NCBI GenBank assembly: GCA_965645245.1
Contig: OZ287075.1
Location: forward strand, 1,488,001-1,552,000
Source: Massalongia carnosa
Taxonomy: Eukaryota
Direction of reading: 5' to 3'
Length of the DNA: 64,000 nt
In this document: positions 1 to 12,490 of the stretch, piece after piece
How the letters are laid out: every line of letters starts with the position of its first letter
Position numbering within the stretch: position 1 is the first letter of the stretch
Notes under the pieces: model-generated
What the model was told of the DNA's origin: nothing
Seen by the model: only the letters and a program-made list of their open reading frames with translations
Database searches by the model: none
Made by a program: the position numbers and the translations under genes

Positions 1-622
1 GACCACCTTATCAGTCTATTGATGGTGGAGAATTTTGCTCTGTTATATATCTTATATCGTCTCGAGGTAGTCGTTGGTTTTATGCTTCAAAACACCATAG
101 TTGAGCATTTAGGGATCTTGGAATAGTTGCTGTTTCTTTTTCGGGGGTTTTTTTTAAAAAAAAATCTTTCGATTTAACCAGGCATATGCATGAATACATA
201 CATACAAACCTATTCTGGGAATCCACCTACCTGACCTTCTCCCCGTGGTAAGAAGATGCTTTGCTTGGATGGTTTGGTTGACCGATCGATCGATCTGGGT
301 TAGTTACTCTATAGAGAGGAGTTATTTCATTAGGGATTCTTGTGCAACCTGCCTGCCTGCCTCCCTGTCTGCCGTCTACGATTTTGTAGCTGGGCACGGA
401 GTTGTGTAGGGAGTGGATTAGCATTGAGATTAATATATGCTTTTGCTCCTGGCAGGCGGGAAGGTGAGATGGTGTTCGCGTAGATTGTACTATGGAGATG
501 CGAGATTATGATGCTAAGACGCACAAGCATGGGTAGAAATCCTCCTCATCTCTACCCCTTTCCTTCCCACCCCCCAACCCACACCCGTAACCTTTGCCGC
601 CTAAACCCCATCACTACTCCAG

Positions 623-2589
623 CTAAGCGACAACTCCATCCCGTCTCCAGCCCTCAATCTCCGCGTCTCCGGCGCCCACAAGCTCACGTAAGATCTCGTC
701 CGTGTGCTGGCCCAGAACTGGCGGGGGGAGCCGGATGCTCGGCGCCGAGTGGGAGAATTTTACAGGGGGGCTGACCATTTTGATGGAGCCGCAGAGGGGG
801 TGGGTGATTGTGGTTATCATATTACGGGCGATGACTAAGGGAGGTTAGTTTCGGTGTGGGGGGTTAATGGGGATGGTGCGGAGGAAAGCTATGAAAAGGG
901 TCAGGGAGGGATTGTGGGGGATCTAGGAAAGGATATGGAAACTTGTATATGGGGAGTGATGTGAACGAAGAAGAGTGATATTCAATGAAACCGTTTTCGG
1001 TTATGTGCAGGCGTTGAAATATTGCGGAGAGGCTCACCATGCTCATGGTTCAAAGTGGTCTGGATGTCGTTAACAGCAGCATACGGCACCCCACTCCCTT
1101 CCATCACGCGCTTCCATTCCGTGGTCGTCTTAGTGCACGTTTTGGCTTCGATGAGAGCTTCAAGGACGGTTCGATGTTCCACGCGGGAGCTATTGGTTCG
1201 GAACCGCGGGTCGATGGCCCATTCCGGTTTGCCGAGGCGGTCGCAAAGCAGGCTGAACAGGCGGTCATTACCACCACCGAAGAGGATATCGCCGTCTTGC
1301 GTGCGGAAGCTGGAATAGGGGACGATGGAGGCTGGTCGCGTTGTTAGAAAAGATAGCATATTCATATATACATTTCTTATGGCTTTTAGGACCACAAGTT
1401 AAGGGGAAAGGCCAAAGGGGTAGCATACGATGAGCAGTTCCCCAGCGGCCGGAATCGGGTTGACCACTGATTAAAGCAGAACTTGCAAGGTTCGTAAGGG
1501 TTGCTACTTGGCAGTCACTTAGAGCCACGTCGATATGCTGCCCCTTCCCAGTTCTCGCTCGTCCCAACAAAGCCGCCATTATCGAATTAGAGGTATAGAG
1601 ACCAGTCGTCAAGTCGGTCACAGCAACGCCTACTTTGACGGGTGGACCATCTCTTGAACCAGTAATATGCATCAAGCCCATTTCTGCTTCAACCATAACA
1701 TCATAGCCAGCTCTGTTGCGGTAAGGGCCTGTTTGGCCATAACCCGTGATGCTGGCATATATCAAGCTCGAGTTCAGCTGGTTGATGGTTTTGAAGTCCA
1801 TCTTGTATTTCTTGAGGGTATCCGGTAAATAGTTTTCCACGAGAACGTCACAGTCTTTGACTAGCTTATGGAGAATGTCAATCCCGGCCGGTGCAGCAAA
1901 TGAAAGCGCCAGAGACTTCTTATTTCGATTTACCTATGGAGGGGTCAAAAATTGCTCCAAATCAGGCTGATCTTGCATCTTACAGACAAGAAATAAGCAC
2001 TCTCCCCAGGATGATTCGATTTCTCGTCCTTCATGTGCTTTGCATATGGCGGACCCCACGCACGAGTATCATCTCCTCTCGTAGGATGCTCTATTTTAAT
2101 AACCTCTGCCCTATTTCAGATCCCTTATATTAGTCCAACCAATTTGCTGCTCCGGAGCCAGTCTTGGGGATGTTAACCATATTGGATTTGATGACGCCTA
2201 CCCAAGGTCCCCAAGAATTTGGGTGCAGTATGGCTGCATCTACAGTTAGCCAAGACCCGCGAGTGTTATATAATTTAACTCACGCCGGCTAGAACTCTAG
2301 TCATGTCTAGAACACGGATACCTGTCAACGGTAATGTTGGTGAGTTGGATGAGGTTGTCGCAAAAGCACGGAGTATCTTGATAATCGAGCCATTGATGTT
2401 CAATAAGTGTGGCGGACGTCTTCGAAGACGCTGGATAAGCCTTGGCCCATACATCGCACCACCTGATAAACCGAAATCCCGTTGTGGGAGCGGGCGTGAA
2501 GGCGTAGATAGGCGATTGCAGAAGGATTCGTAGGCATTCCTTTGTAGGTAGCGCTGGGGGAAGAGTAAGCGGAGGAAGTGGGGAAACAA
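623..2589 (-). CDS. CoA-transferase family III (CaiB/BaiF; succinyl-CoA:glutarate CoA-transferase-like), multi-exon
   Basis: Spliced motifs [16 protein letters not shown] / [11 protein letters not shown] / [21 protein letters not shown] / NRNKKSL / VENY / [12 protein letters not shown] / [12 protein letters not shown], with GT-AG introns between the ORF pieces. The Arg-rich N-terminus resembles a mitochondrial presequence. The start codon is uncertain. Confidence 0.9.
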
Positions 2590-2832
2590 TCACGATACTC
2601 GAATATCAATATTGAGTATTTTCACATGTTCATAGCCATATAGTCAAATTCACAGCCTGCACTATGCACGGCGGAGAAACAGAAAGGCAGTCTTCTTCTT
2701 ACATTGACGGAGAATAAATTATTCCGCCAACAAAGCGGAATTCTCTCCGCTTCGCCCTCACTATTCCCGAAAGTGACGTACTCCGTACCCCAGTGTAACT
2801 ATCAACACCACCCGCAAATATCAAAACAAACT
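2590..2832. promoter_or_regulatory. Short divergent promoter shared by the CoA-transferase and RIB5
   Basis: Head-to-head starts ~240 bp apart, with clustered CGGA/TCCG half-sites. Confidence 0.55.
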
Positions 2833-3710
2833 ATGTTCACCGGGATTGTTGAAGCTATAGGCAGTAAGGCGGACCAATAACCAACGCCTGGACGAAGACT
2901 CTCAGCTGGGCTAACATGAACCAGCTGTCTCCTCGCTGGAGAAGCAGGATGACACCTCCAGCGGAGGAGGAGGAACATCCCTGACAATTTCCGAGTGCGC
3001 CGAAATTGTCTCGGACGCTCATCTTGGTGACAGTATCAGCATCAATGGTATTCGGTCCATCTTATTGCATCATAATCTCGAATATACTCCAAATTCTCCA
3101 GAGGCATGAAATTCCACCCAAGTAGCTAATCCCCCCTCCTTTCATCGAAGGGACATGCCTCACAATCACCGAGTTCGACTCGACCTCGTTCAAAGTCGGC
3201 GTCTCGCCCGAAACGCTGCGCCGGACAAATCTAGGTTCTCTCGCAAAGCACAGTCTCGTGAATCTGGAGCGGGCGGTCTCGGCCTCAACGCGTATGGGCG
3301 GGCACTTCGTGCAAGGGCACGTTGATACAATCGCTACCATTCTCGCCGTCACGCCTGATGGCAATGCCCTGACGTTCCGATTGCGGCCTCGAGATACGGA
3401 CGTTCTGAAATACATTGTGGAGAAAGGGTACGTGACGTTGGATGGGGCCAGTCTAACGATTACGACGGTAACGGAAGAGAGTGGGCAGGACGGAGGGTGG
3501 TGGGAGGTCATGTTGATTGCTTACACCCAAGAGAAAGTCGTGATGGGTGGGAAGAAGGCGGGAGATGAGGTCAACGTTGAGGTTGATATGGTGGGGAAAT
3601 ATGTGGAGAAGGCGGTAAGGGGCTATTTCGAGGAGAAACGCGGTGGGGAGCCAGCGATCTTGGAGAAGATGGTAACCCGAATGGTGGATGAGCAGTTAAA
3701 GAAATCTTAG
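2833..3710 (+). CDS. RIB5: Riboflavin synthase (alpha chain), 3 exons
   Basis: Diagnostic N-terminus MFTGIVE at ATG 2833, then LGDSISING/TCLT, NLERAV, MGGHFVQGHVD, KGYVTLDGASLT and VNVEVDMVGKY. Confidence 0.95.
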
Positions 3711-4769
3711 ATAATGATTACAAGGAAAAATTCCCAATGATCCGTTCTCTTGTTTTTGGGGGGGTTTTCTTTTTTTGATCTGGCAGCGAAATGATAAACA
3801 TAGAATCCTGCTATCACCACACTCCTTTCCTATGATGATACATACAACCCGCCCCTTCGCTTATTCCTACATTCCCCTACACCGGATGAAGAGTGAAGAA
3901 CGAAGAAGTTGAAGAAGGCATTAGAGATCTAAAAATTATCATCAAGGCCGAAAACTCGGGTTTTGGAATATATTAGATTGTTTTTTTTTTGTTCTTAAAA
4001 AAAATTGTAGTTTAAGGCTTGGGCGAAAATATTAGAGGAGATAAGGAAAGAATCTTCACGTATCCCAAAAAAAGAAGCCACAGCTCTATTTCTTGCCAAT
4101 GATGTTGTTATGTATTGTGGGGCCACACACAGCATCCCCCTTGCGTGCAAGTCTGCGCCAGCCTTGTAACCGCCAAAAAGACAGATTCAGCATCCTAGTG
4201 TGCCAATGCTAGGAACTGTTAGGTTAATCCTATTTTTGACGAAGTGCTTTGACGCTCGCCACAGTTTGTAGACTCGTGGAATAGACCAGAATAGGCATTA
4301 TATAGTCCGTATGCCTGGACTCGTTATCAAAGTGTCGATCAGAATCGATGCTGGAGATCAGATCTCTCTCGAGAAATGGAAAGGACCGACAAGGAACCCA
4401 TGTTGCTCAACCTGATGCGGGGACGTAGCATCGAACGAAGGGGAGTGAATGGCCTTCTCATAGGCCTTTAGCATGCGTCCGGACCAGGATCGAGAAGTCC
4501 GAGTATGAATCCCCTGCAAGTATATACTGAATCTATGACACGGAGAGCATGGATGCAAACAGCAAAAAGGGCGGCGGAAACCCATGACAACGGAACTTTA
4601 GTCCTCTATTGAAGGAGAGCGGAGCCGGTTCTAGCCTCTCTTATAGACTAAAGCAGTCCCAGCTGGCTAGAGAATTCTGGGAGTGCCTCATGAAGTTGTA
4701 CTCTGCGCCATCGCACTGATCCACGCTGAGATACTCGCCATCTTACTCAAGCTCAATACTGACCTTGCT

Positions 4770-5385
4770 GATCCTTCTGAAACTACTCATCCTGCAACAG
4801 CTCCTTTGCCGTCGGCCTATCTCTCGGATCAAGCTTCATGATCTTGGAAATAAATGTTCGGTCCCCTTTCGTGATCTCCTGCTGCGAAATCCTTTCAAAA
4901 AGCTTCCTCCACTCAGGCCGCACTCCGTTCATGACGTATGTGAGAATAGCCAGCGTCTCCTTATCGGCTATCTTTACGTAAGTTTTGGAGAAAGGGCCGA
5001 AAAACTTATGTTCCATTAGAAATTTCAGCTCATACGCTTCATCTTCAATAGAGACATCTGGTTTGAAGATGTGCCAATCTTCACCCTATATCAAGCTTAA
5101 CAGCTGCGTGGCAATAAAATCAGTAAGGAATAACGCCTTGAATCGCGTGAAACGTGCTTGCTGTACGTACCGTAGTAACTACCTAGGGACCAAATTTCTG
5201 TAGCAGTACCCAATTTCATATTTAGCATGGCTTCAGAGCTCCGAAAAATACCGGCTCCGACGATGTCGCTGTTCTTGGCGTGTGGAGAATCAACATGAGT
5301 TGTATCCCCACAGTCGGCTACATAACTTGATATCGGTGAAGCGAACGTTACCCTCACCATAGTTTGGTATCATAATTGTTAATTT
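4770..5385 (-). pseudogene. Remnant of a fungal Ser/Thr protein kinase (C-lobe only)
   Basis: Fragments NYGEGNVRFTDIKL / ADCGDTTH..IVGAGIFRSSEAMLNMKLGTATEIWSLG / FISKIMKLDPRDRPTAKELLQDE* correspond to subdomains VII-XI. They are split across frames, and no N-lobe is recognisable. Confidence 0.75.
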
Positions 5386-5688
5386 AAGCATTGAGCCTAG
5401 CATCTTTATAATCGCTGAAGCGAACCAACGTCGCGAACCAACGCCTCCATCCTACATAAAGTGTATTTAGACACCCACACGCGAGGTCTCCCATAGCCCA
5501 GCTCCTTCGAGATGGGCGAATCGATGTACCGCCAATTCTAGCTCTTGTAACCAGAAGATTGTTACATACCCATGAATTACCATCAGTAAGGGAAATCTCT
5601 TAAGAAATATCGCTACTAATAGCCAGTTTTGATTTCCTTGTGGTACACTCGCCGGGTTCTTCGAACATCTCTTATATGTCCCAGCGTC

Positions 5689-6720
5689 TCAGGATGACCC
5701 ACTCTCACAAAAATCTTTGGTTGTCTGTATAAGTTCAATCCAAAGCGTCCGGGCCATTTTCCAGGTCTCCTCCTGCACAAAGTCTATGCCTAGGCTCAGC
5801 ATACTTAACTGTGTCTCTGAATGTTCTCCTACCGCTTTCTTACGTGCCTCCAAAACATGTTCATCTAACGATTCAACTTCCGCCTTCCGCCCTTGAGCAT
5901 AATATATTAACGTTAGGTCGAATATGCTTGTCTGTCTATTAGGGTGCTCGCCCAGCACGCTCTTGCTCTCCTCTATAAATTCCAACATCAGGTCCTCGGC
6001 TTGTTGATACTTTCCCTATTTCTGATATGTGATCGCCAGTTTCGCCATGCTTTGTAGCGTTTGGGGATGATTCTTTCCCTGATCATCGTATGTTATTGCT
6101 AGGCTGACCATGCTCTCAAGTGTGTGAAAATACTCCTTTAGCGATCCCTTTCTTGATGCTAGAGCTTGCGCCACCCAGTCCACCGGTTGTTGATACTTTC
6201 CCTGGCTGCGATACGTGTCTGCTAAATTGACCACACTACTTAATGTGTCGAGATGCTCCTCTCCTAGTAGCATTTTTCTCATCTCTATACTAGCACACCC
6301 GTTTCCCGGCCATCGGATAGTTTCCCTGGATTTGATATACGATTGCTGGATCAGCTAAACTGTTGATCACGTTAGGACTTTCTGGTTCCTTGATCCGCAT
6401 CGCCATAATGTATAGCTATAGCTTTTTGTTATTCTCGTAGCCCCCTCACTAAAATATTTATCCAATATCAACTGTTCTTTTGAGCGTGTCAGGATGCTCT
6501 GATCCCTTCAACCCTTTATTGATCGCTATAACCTTTCTTTGTGGCTCCTCGGCCTTTTCACAACACTTGTGATAATTGATGATAGCAGCTTGATTACCCA
6601 TACTCACCTGTGTCGCGAGTGCTTTTCCCTAGTACTCTCATTCTTACTTTCAGAGCTTTTACCTATAACATCTCGGCTTCTTTAAACCGTTCTTCGTCCG
6701 TAAGAGGTTTTTTGCGACCA
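5689..6720 (-). pseudogene. Degenerate TPR-repeat (kinesin-light-chain-like, fungal NLR-type) gene remnant
   Basis: Repeated units LLGEEHLDTLSSVVNLADTYRSQGKY, HTLESMVSLAITYDDQGK, VLGEHPNRQTSIFDLTLIYYAQGR and EGSEHPDTL, broken by frameshifts and stops. Confidence 0.8.
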
Positions 6721-9550
6721 TTAAAAAATTGAAGTCATCTAGTACCAAGAGGCTGGAGCTCTAAATCAAACTCTTAACTTCTTTGTGCATCTTCTTTTGC
6801 CTATTGGATCTTAGGGATAATCGACCTCAGCGGGAGCTCATACTTCACTCTAGTTATAAAAGCTATCTTCTGAATACTATGACTGCAGTGATACACTATA
6901 CAGCACCAATTTGTTCAACACATTCTGTGATCTCTAGTCGAGTAGGGATAGCTTTGCCATCAAAGGCGAAACAAAACTTGTAGATAGATTCTTGAGACCT
7001 ATGGTTGGGGAGCATCAACGTCAAGACGAATTAGGCAGTCTCCCCTCCTTAGACCAACCAAAACGGCGATGATCACTTTGGCGGCAAGATAGACCCTAAT
7101 TCCTGGGCCATAAATGTGACAAACTCTATCATACAAGTTCTATTTCTCGCCTCGTGGTCGCGATAGTAGTATCTACTTTGAAATCATTAGTCCCTTCCTA
7201 AGCGAGTTCATGCTGGCTGTAGCAGAATCTGGTCTTGAAAGGACTCTTTCTCTGCGCTTGTTCCCATATTTGGGCTTTACCGAGGCACTCAAGGTCAAAG
7301 AAGGACGGACAAATATCAATTTAGCTCCAGATCAAGTATTACTCCAGTCCCTCTCGTTCATGTGCAGCGTCAACTGGTATCTATGTCTAGATCGACAAGA
7401 ATGACTAGGATGATACCATGGAGACAGTGGGTTCTTTGAGCCAAAGTACAGCAAAGAGAAGAGGGTGTGCAAATGTAGTGGACTATCTACACATATGCAA
7501 GTCTATCAACAATAAAGCACATCTCCTAAACAACCTCGTGATTTTTCATGAGCAGACTACATACGGCTAGATGGGTTGGAATAAATGTATCCGAACCGTC
7601 ATAGACCGCAAGGTTATAGAGGACACATGCGAAACGAATGGAATGAGGAGTTGATACATCTGCTTCTTTCACCCAATACATGTGGTCACTGTTGTTACTG
7701 ATTAGAAGTATGTCTCGCTGCTGGTATAGCGTTTGATTTTTCTTTCCCCTTACCCTGAAGCCTACCTACCAAAACGTTACTTTCTATTTATTCATTAAAC
7801 ATATACATCCTAAGCAAGTGATGCTGTGACTGCTATTTATGTACAGTGTACATAAATAGCAATCAAGAAGTGAAAAGCCCACCTTCAGGATAAAGCCACT
7901 CCTTAATCCACCCATGTATCGTTACGAGAACGCTTCTCGATCATGCGGTACGTACACTCAGATCTTCAAGCACTCAATAATTCAATAAACTCGATGAACT
8001 AGACAGTGTATTTACAAGTTCGAAGTCGTACCGTACGTTCTCTCTGCTTGCGATATTGTAGAAGACGAGCCGTTGATTGAAAGAGCGAATCAATTTCTTT
8101 TCGTAATCGGTTGATTTTGTAATACTTCCGCCTGATGAATGTGGCCATTTCGAATGAATGAGTTTTTCATACCTTTAGGTTGACGATTGATTAGTAAAAA
8201 AGTTGATCAATCCAATGATCGTTAAAATAGGCTTCCATGTCGGCGATGATTAGATGTTGGCCATCTTCAGGGAGATGTTGATAGCCTGCCTTACGTCGAG
8301 GTTTCTGATCTAGCTGAACCAAAATGTTATCTTCTTCTTCTTTCAACCTCTTTACAACCTTTGAGGTTGCTTTGTCGTTACTGCTGAACCCGGGATTTTG
8401 GTCGCAAAAAAATCTGGTTTATGGCGGCCTCAAGATTTTCTCGATTTCTCTTACCAAATTCTGCCACAAACTTCTGGTGCACTAGGGCAATGTGTGACAT
8501 TTCGAAGAAGTTTCGCTCGCTTGATGATTCGATGAGGTTTGCAATTTTCGTAGTCCCTGGTTGCTGTCTTTCAAACTGTGCAAATTAGAGAGAGAATACG
8601 CTTTATCGGCTGCAAGGTACGCGTAGGACCCAGATAGATCAGGCGGACTCGCACCAGGCACATTCTCCAAGAATTTAGGGGAAACTGCGCATTTTTGAAA
8701 AGGTTGGGTAAATGTAAAGTCCTAGCCTATCAGTCTATGAAGAAGGAGAAACACTTTCAGTATTGAAACGCTTTGAATGTTCAAAGATCTTATAGAAATG
8801 ATCATTATTCGCGAACGTTAAAGCCACCGTCAACGATTAGATTCCCATTGTGAAGGTCTCCATGAGCCATAGCCTAAGGACTATGATCATTTACCGGGAC
8901 AATGTAACGGGGATCATGGATCGCTGGGTCAAATAATCACCATTGAAGTTTTATTCTGGCGTAAATTACATCATAGAGCTCGGTCAATGCTTTCGGTCAA
9001 CTAAGTTCTTGTTGAGACTGAAATATGCTTTGGAGTGCCTTCGGATACACCTGTTCACCATCATGTCTTCTCAAGGCTCTATGTGGAGGCACATAGTAGA
9101 GTTACTATAAGGAAGATCTCGTCATCAATAGAATTTCTGCACAGCATCTTCCAATATAAAACCAGACTAATAAAGCGGGATCTTTCAAATCCACAACCGC
9201 ATGTGGCTGCTGTTGATTCAGCCAATGAGTATATATGCCACACCGACAGAATTTCTACGGGTAGTACCGGCATCGAAGTAACCATGAAGGCGAGGAGTAG
9301 AAAGGGTAGGATGCTTGCGAGCAATGAATAGAAGGAGGTTTCACGGATATTTCGAGGAAGGAGTACTCTTGATCCAAAAGGGATTCGAGCTATCTAGCAT
9401 TTGTTCTTGTTTGGAAAACCTTATGACCAATAATGTAAAGCTGTTACTGTGTATTAGGCTGCGACGAAATGACAGGGCGATTCGTTTGCGAAGGATGCAA
9501 TTTACAACAATGCCTCACGAAGTTCGGAAACGCAATACGAGCTAGTTTTA

Positions 9551-9621
9551 ATCGTCGGCTAGTCTCTCGCTTACCTCGGCCGACCGAGGCGTTCGCCTCT
9601 AGTCGGGAAAAGCAAAGTTCG
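9551..9621. repeat. Left terminal inverted repeat (71 bp)
   Basis: ATCGTCGGCTAGTCTCTCGCTTACCTCGGCCGACCGAGGCGTTCGCCTCTAGTCGGGAAAAGCAAAGTTCG matches the reverse complement of 11874-11945 with 2 substitutions and a 1-bp indel. Confidence 0.95.
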
Positions 9622-9732
9622 GCGGAAACGTCTTTTCAACTTTTACACGCAAAAAATCAATCAAATAACGATGGGAATTTTTTTCTACAAAGATCAAGCA
9701 TGAAAAATGTTATAACAGTAGTTATACTAATA

Positions 9733-11719
9733 TTAACCCAACTGCTCCTGAACATCATCCTCGTCGCTGTCGTCGACATCGTCGCCTACTTCCTCTTCCA
9801 TTTCAAAGGCAACGAAGTCTTTTTGTAGATGAATAGAATCACCTTCACCTATAAATCGTAGATTTTGATCACCTACAGTATCCATGATAAAGATAGTCTC
9901 TGTCTCTTCCTCTCATCATTGAATATAAGAGTATCTTTTACTCCTTTCTTCGTCTTTTTTTTGGTCTCTTCCGTCTGCCAAGTAATGTCGCTCGCCTTCC
10001 AAATGGCCTCAGGATCATCAATGGGAGTCAACATTTCATCGGATATGCTAAGTCCCTGTTTTGCGAGGTCTTTAACATGTTTTATTCTGATCTTTTCATT
10101 CTTTCGAGCGATAACACCTTCCGCGTGTACACTATCTCTTTTCATTCGCCATATTCTCACGAAGTTGTTGTGTTCTCGTTTCTTTTCTACCTGCTCATCT
10201 TTTTGCTGTCTTTCAGCAATTGCTCGTTGCGCATCCTCCTTCGTGAGTCCTAATCCTCCGTCTGTCGAGTAATTAGGTCTTAATCGCTTGCGAGAAGTTG
10301 CTCTCTGTAGTAATTCATTGCTTCTTCGCTCATGATGAAGTGATAATTCGAATTTCGTAAGCGTCGATTTGGCAACAACTTCCTTCGTATTACTCACGAA
10401 TTCCTCTAACTCCTGTTCCTGGACTGGATCACTCCATTGTGTATTATCGCGAATTTTGGGTAGCCATTCAAGTAATCCTCTTTCAACATCATCAAACGTT
10501 TTAGATTGAATTCGTGGCAATGTTGCAAGAGATGATGTTGAAAAAGAAGATATATTCTCACTTTGCGAAGGTACAAACTTCTTTAGCTGTTCAGTGCATT
10601 TCTTCTCATAATAGGCCACATTCTAGATTTTTCAAAGGCAGATTGAATAGTGGATTTCTTGAATGTGTTATCTCGTATTTTGGTGAGATCTTGACAAAAT
10701 CGAGTTATTGTATACTCTACATTGAACTCCGCAATCGCATCTTGAATGGCCACATCATGCCAGTGTTTATAAGGTTGAAACACTCCTACATCAAGCGGTT
10801 GCATACAATGCGTCAAGTGTGGTATCAAAGGATAACGACGAATCCGGTTTTCATTGGCAAGCTTGATGAACTCAGGAGTAACATGACTACCGTGATTATC
10901 CATGAGCATCAATTTCCAATCACTCTCAGATCCTGCATCAGAATTTTCAATGTAATGTTGCAGATATGCAATCGCTATTTTATCCGATGTGAATCCATTT
11001 TCTGACGAAACAATTCAAGTTCCTTTAGGCAGTTCGTCTGCAAACCAATTGCTCATCATATCATGACCTTGTATGACAAGTAAAGGAGGTGGCGGATAAT
11101 CACCGGCGGCGTTTATATTCTCGAAAATGGTGATAGATTTTCTATTCTCAGGACTAATAGAATAATACTCCTTTACATCTGTTGGAACTAAAATTTCATG
11201 TCCCTTCATGCAGCCAACTCGAAAACCAGCCTCATCAAAATTGATGATATTTCGTTTATTCTTGATATTCAGCTCTCGAAGAACCACCCGATAATCAGCG
11301 AACCATGCTCCCGCCGTATAGCGAACGACTGCTAGCGGTTCAGTCTTAATCTTATGCAAATGGTTGGATTTCCACCATGTTCTAAACCATCGCTTAGTAG
11401 GACCTTAATAAGCAGCATTCTGACTTCGCTTCAGACTCTTGATCGCGTTGAATATCAGTTCATGCGTCGGTTGAAACCATATGTAAGTAACGAGCGAATG
11501 AACTCATGTATCGCTTTGATCTGATGCTTCTCCAATATCTTATTATGTCCTCCTCTCTTCTCGACTTCATTCGACGCGCTGTTTTGAGCAAGTGAACTTT
11601 GTAAAGTGGTACGAGGAATGTCAAATATGCGAGCAGCGCATATCTTGCTTTCAAGTGGATTTTCTATTAGAAACTGCTTAGCATCATTCAGACGCGTGAA
11701 AGTATTATTACAATTCATG
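9733..11719 (-). pseudogene. DDE_1 (pogo/Fot1) transposase, disrupted
   Basis: HTH motif AARIFDIPRTTL, then INFDEAGFRVG, LMLMDNHGSH and THCMQPLDVGVFQPYK. Frameshifts near 11475, 10610 and 9900; in-frame stops near 11406 and 11015. Confidence 0.92.
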
Positions 11720-11812
11720 ATTATGATGATGATAATGATGATAATGATGATAATGATGATAATGATGATAATGATGATAATGATGATGATGATGATGATA
11801 ATGATCAATAAT
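11717..11812. repeat. (ATG/ATA)n trinucleotide-type microsatellite inside the transposon, upstream of the transposase ATG
   Basis: Run of ATGATGATA units, read directly. It produces the spurious poly-Ile, poly-His and poly-Met ORFs in the track. Confidence 0.95.
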
Positions 11813-11873
11813 GAAATAGTTGATGTAGTCAAATGCGTCGTGTTGATGAAATGGAAATAAAATTGCGAAAAGA

Positions 11874-11945
11874 CGAACTTTGCTTTCCCCGACTAGAGGC
11901 GAACGCCTCGAGTCGGCCAAGGTAAGCGAGAGACTAGCCGACGAT
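11874..11945. repeat. Right terminal inverted repeat (72 bp)
   Basis: Reverse complement of the left TIR, followed by TA. Confidence 0.95.
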
Positions 11946-12490
11946 TACTGCTTTTTGCAGAACCTTGTGTGTTTAGTTGATCAAATGCTAGGCGAGAGGA
12001 CATAATAAATGGCAATGTATTCAGCCGTTCTGCAGACTTATATACATATGCACGTAGCAGTTGAGTATAAGGTGCTCTGTACGGAGTATTAAAGACTGAA
12101 ACATAGAACAGATAAATTCTGAACGTGTCATTAAGGGTTCTTTCTTGAAAAATACTACTCCATAAAATGATATAAAAATGTTGAGAAGTGCACGCTTAGT
12201 GGTAGTATGGCGTCTAGAGAGACCACCTTCCAAGGCTGGCACCTTCCTATTTTAGTTAGTTAGCTTAGACTAGTGCTGGTAAAACCAGGCCTTTTGGCCT
12301 GGGAAAAATATCATACCTTCAGAACGCTTTTCGGGTCCATGGCTTTTCTCGCTTGCTAGTCACACGTAACGTCAATAAGATACGACGCTAACCCGAAGGG
12401 CATAACGGCTTGCAGGTGCTTACTAATTAGCGTGCTGTAAACAATGAGCAACTCCGTGCTAGATCTGGTCACGACTCCACGACCTCGAAA

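Larger units (their letters stand above)
9551..11945 (-). mobile_element. pogo/Fot1-like (Tc1/mariner superfamily) DNA transposon, 2395 bp, inactivated
   Basis: TIRs at 9551-9621 and 11874-11945, TA on both flanks (9549-9550 and 11946-11947), and an internal DDE transposase. Confidence 0.95.

Noticed and set aside
2112..3149. Possible stwintrons (nested introns) in the CoA-transferase and RIB5 introns
   Set aside because: Removing the candidate internal introns does not regenerate a valid donor site.
11606..11920. Poly-Met/Ile and poly-His/Tyr ORFs (apparent His-rich metal-binding peptide)
   Set aside because: These are translations of the ATG/ATA microsatellite in alternative frames, with no other coding evidence.
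12285..12302. Hairpin CCAGGCC-TTTT-GGCCTGG upstream of MUS81
   Set aside because: A single 7-bp stem is within chance expectation, and intrinsic terminators do not apply to a fungal nuclear locus.
3900..12400. Starship or other giant element explaining the accessory block
   Set aside because: No tyrosine recombinase (captain) remnant or element boundaries were recognised.
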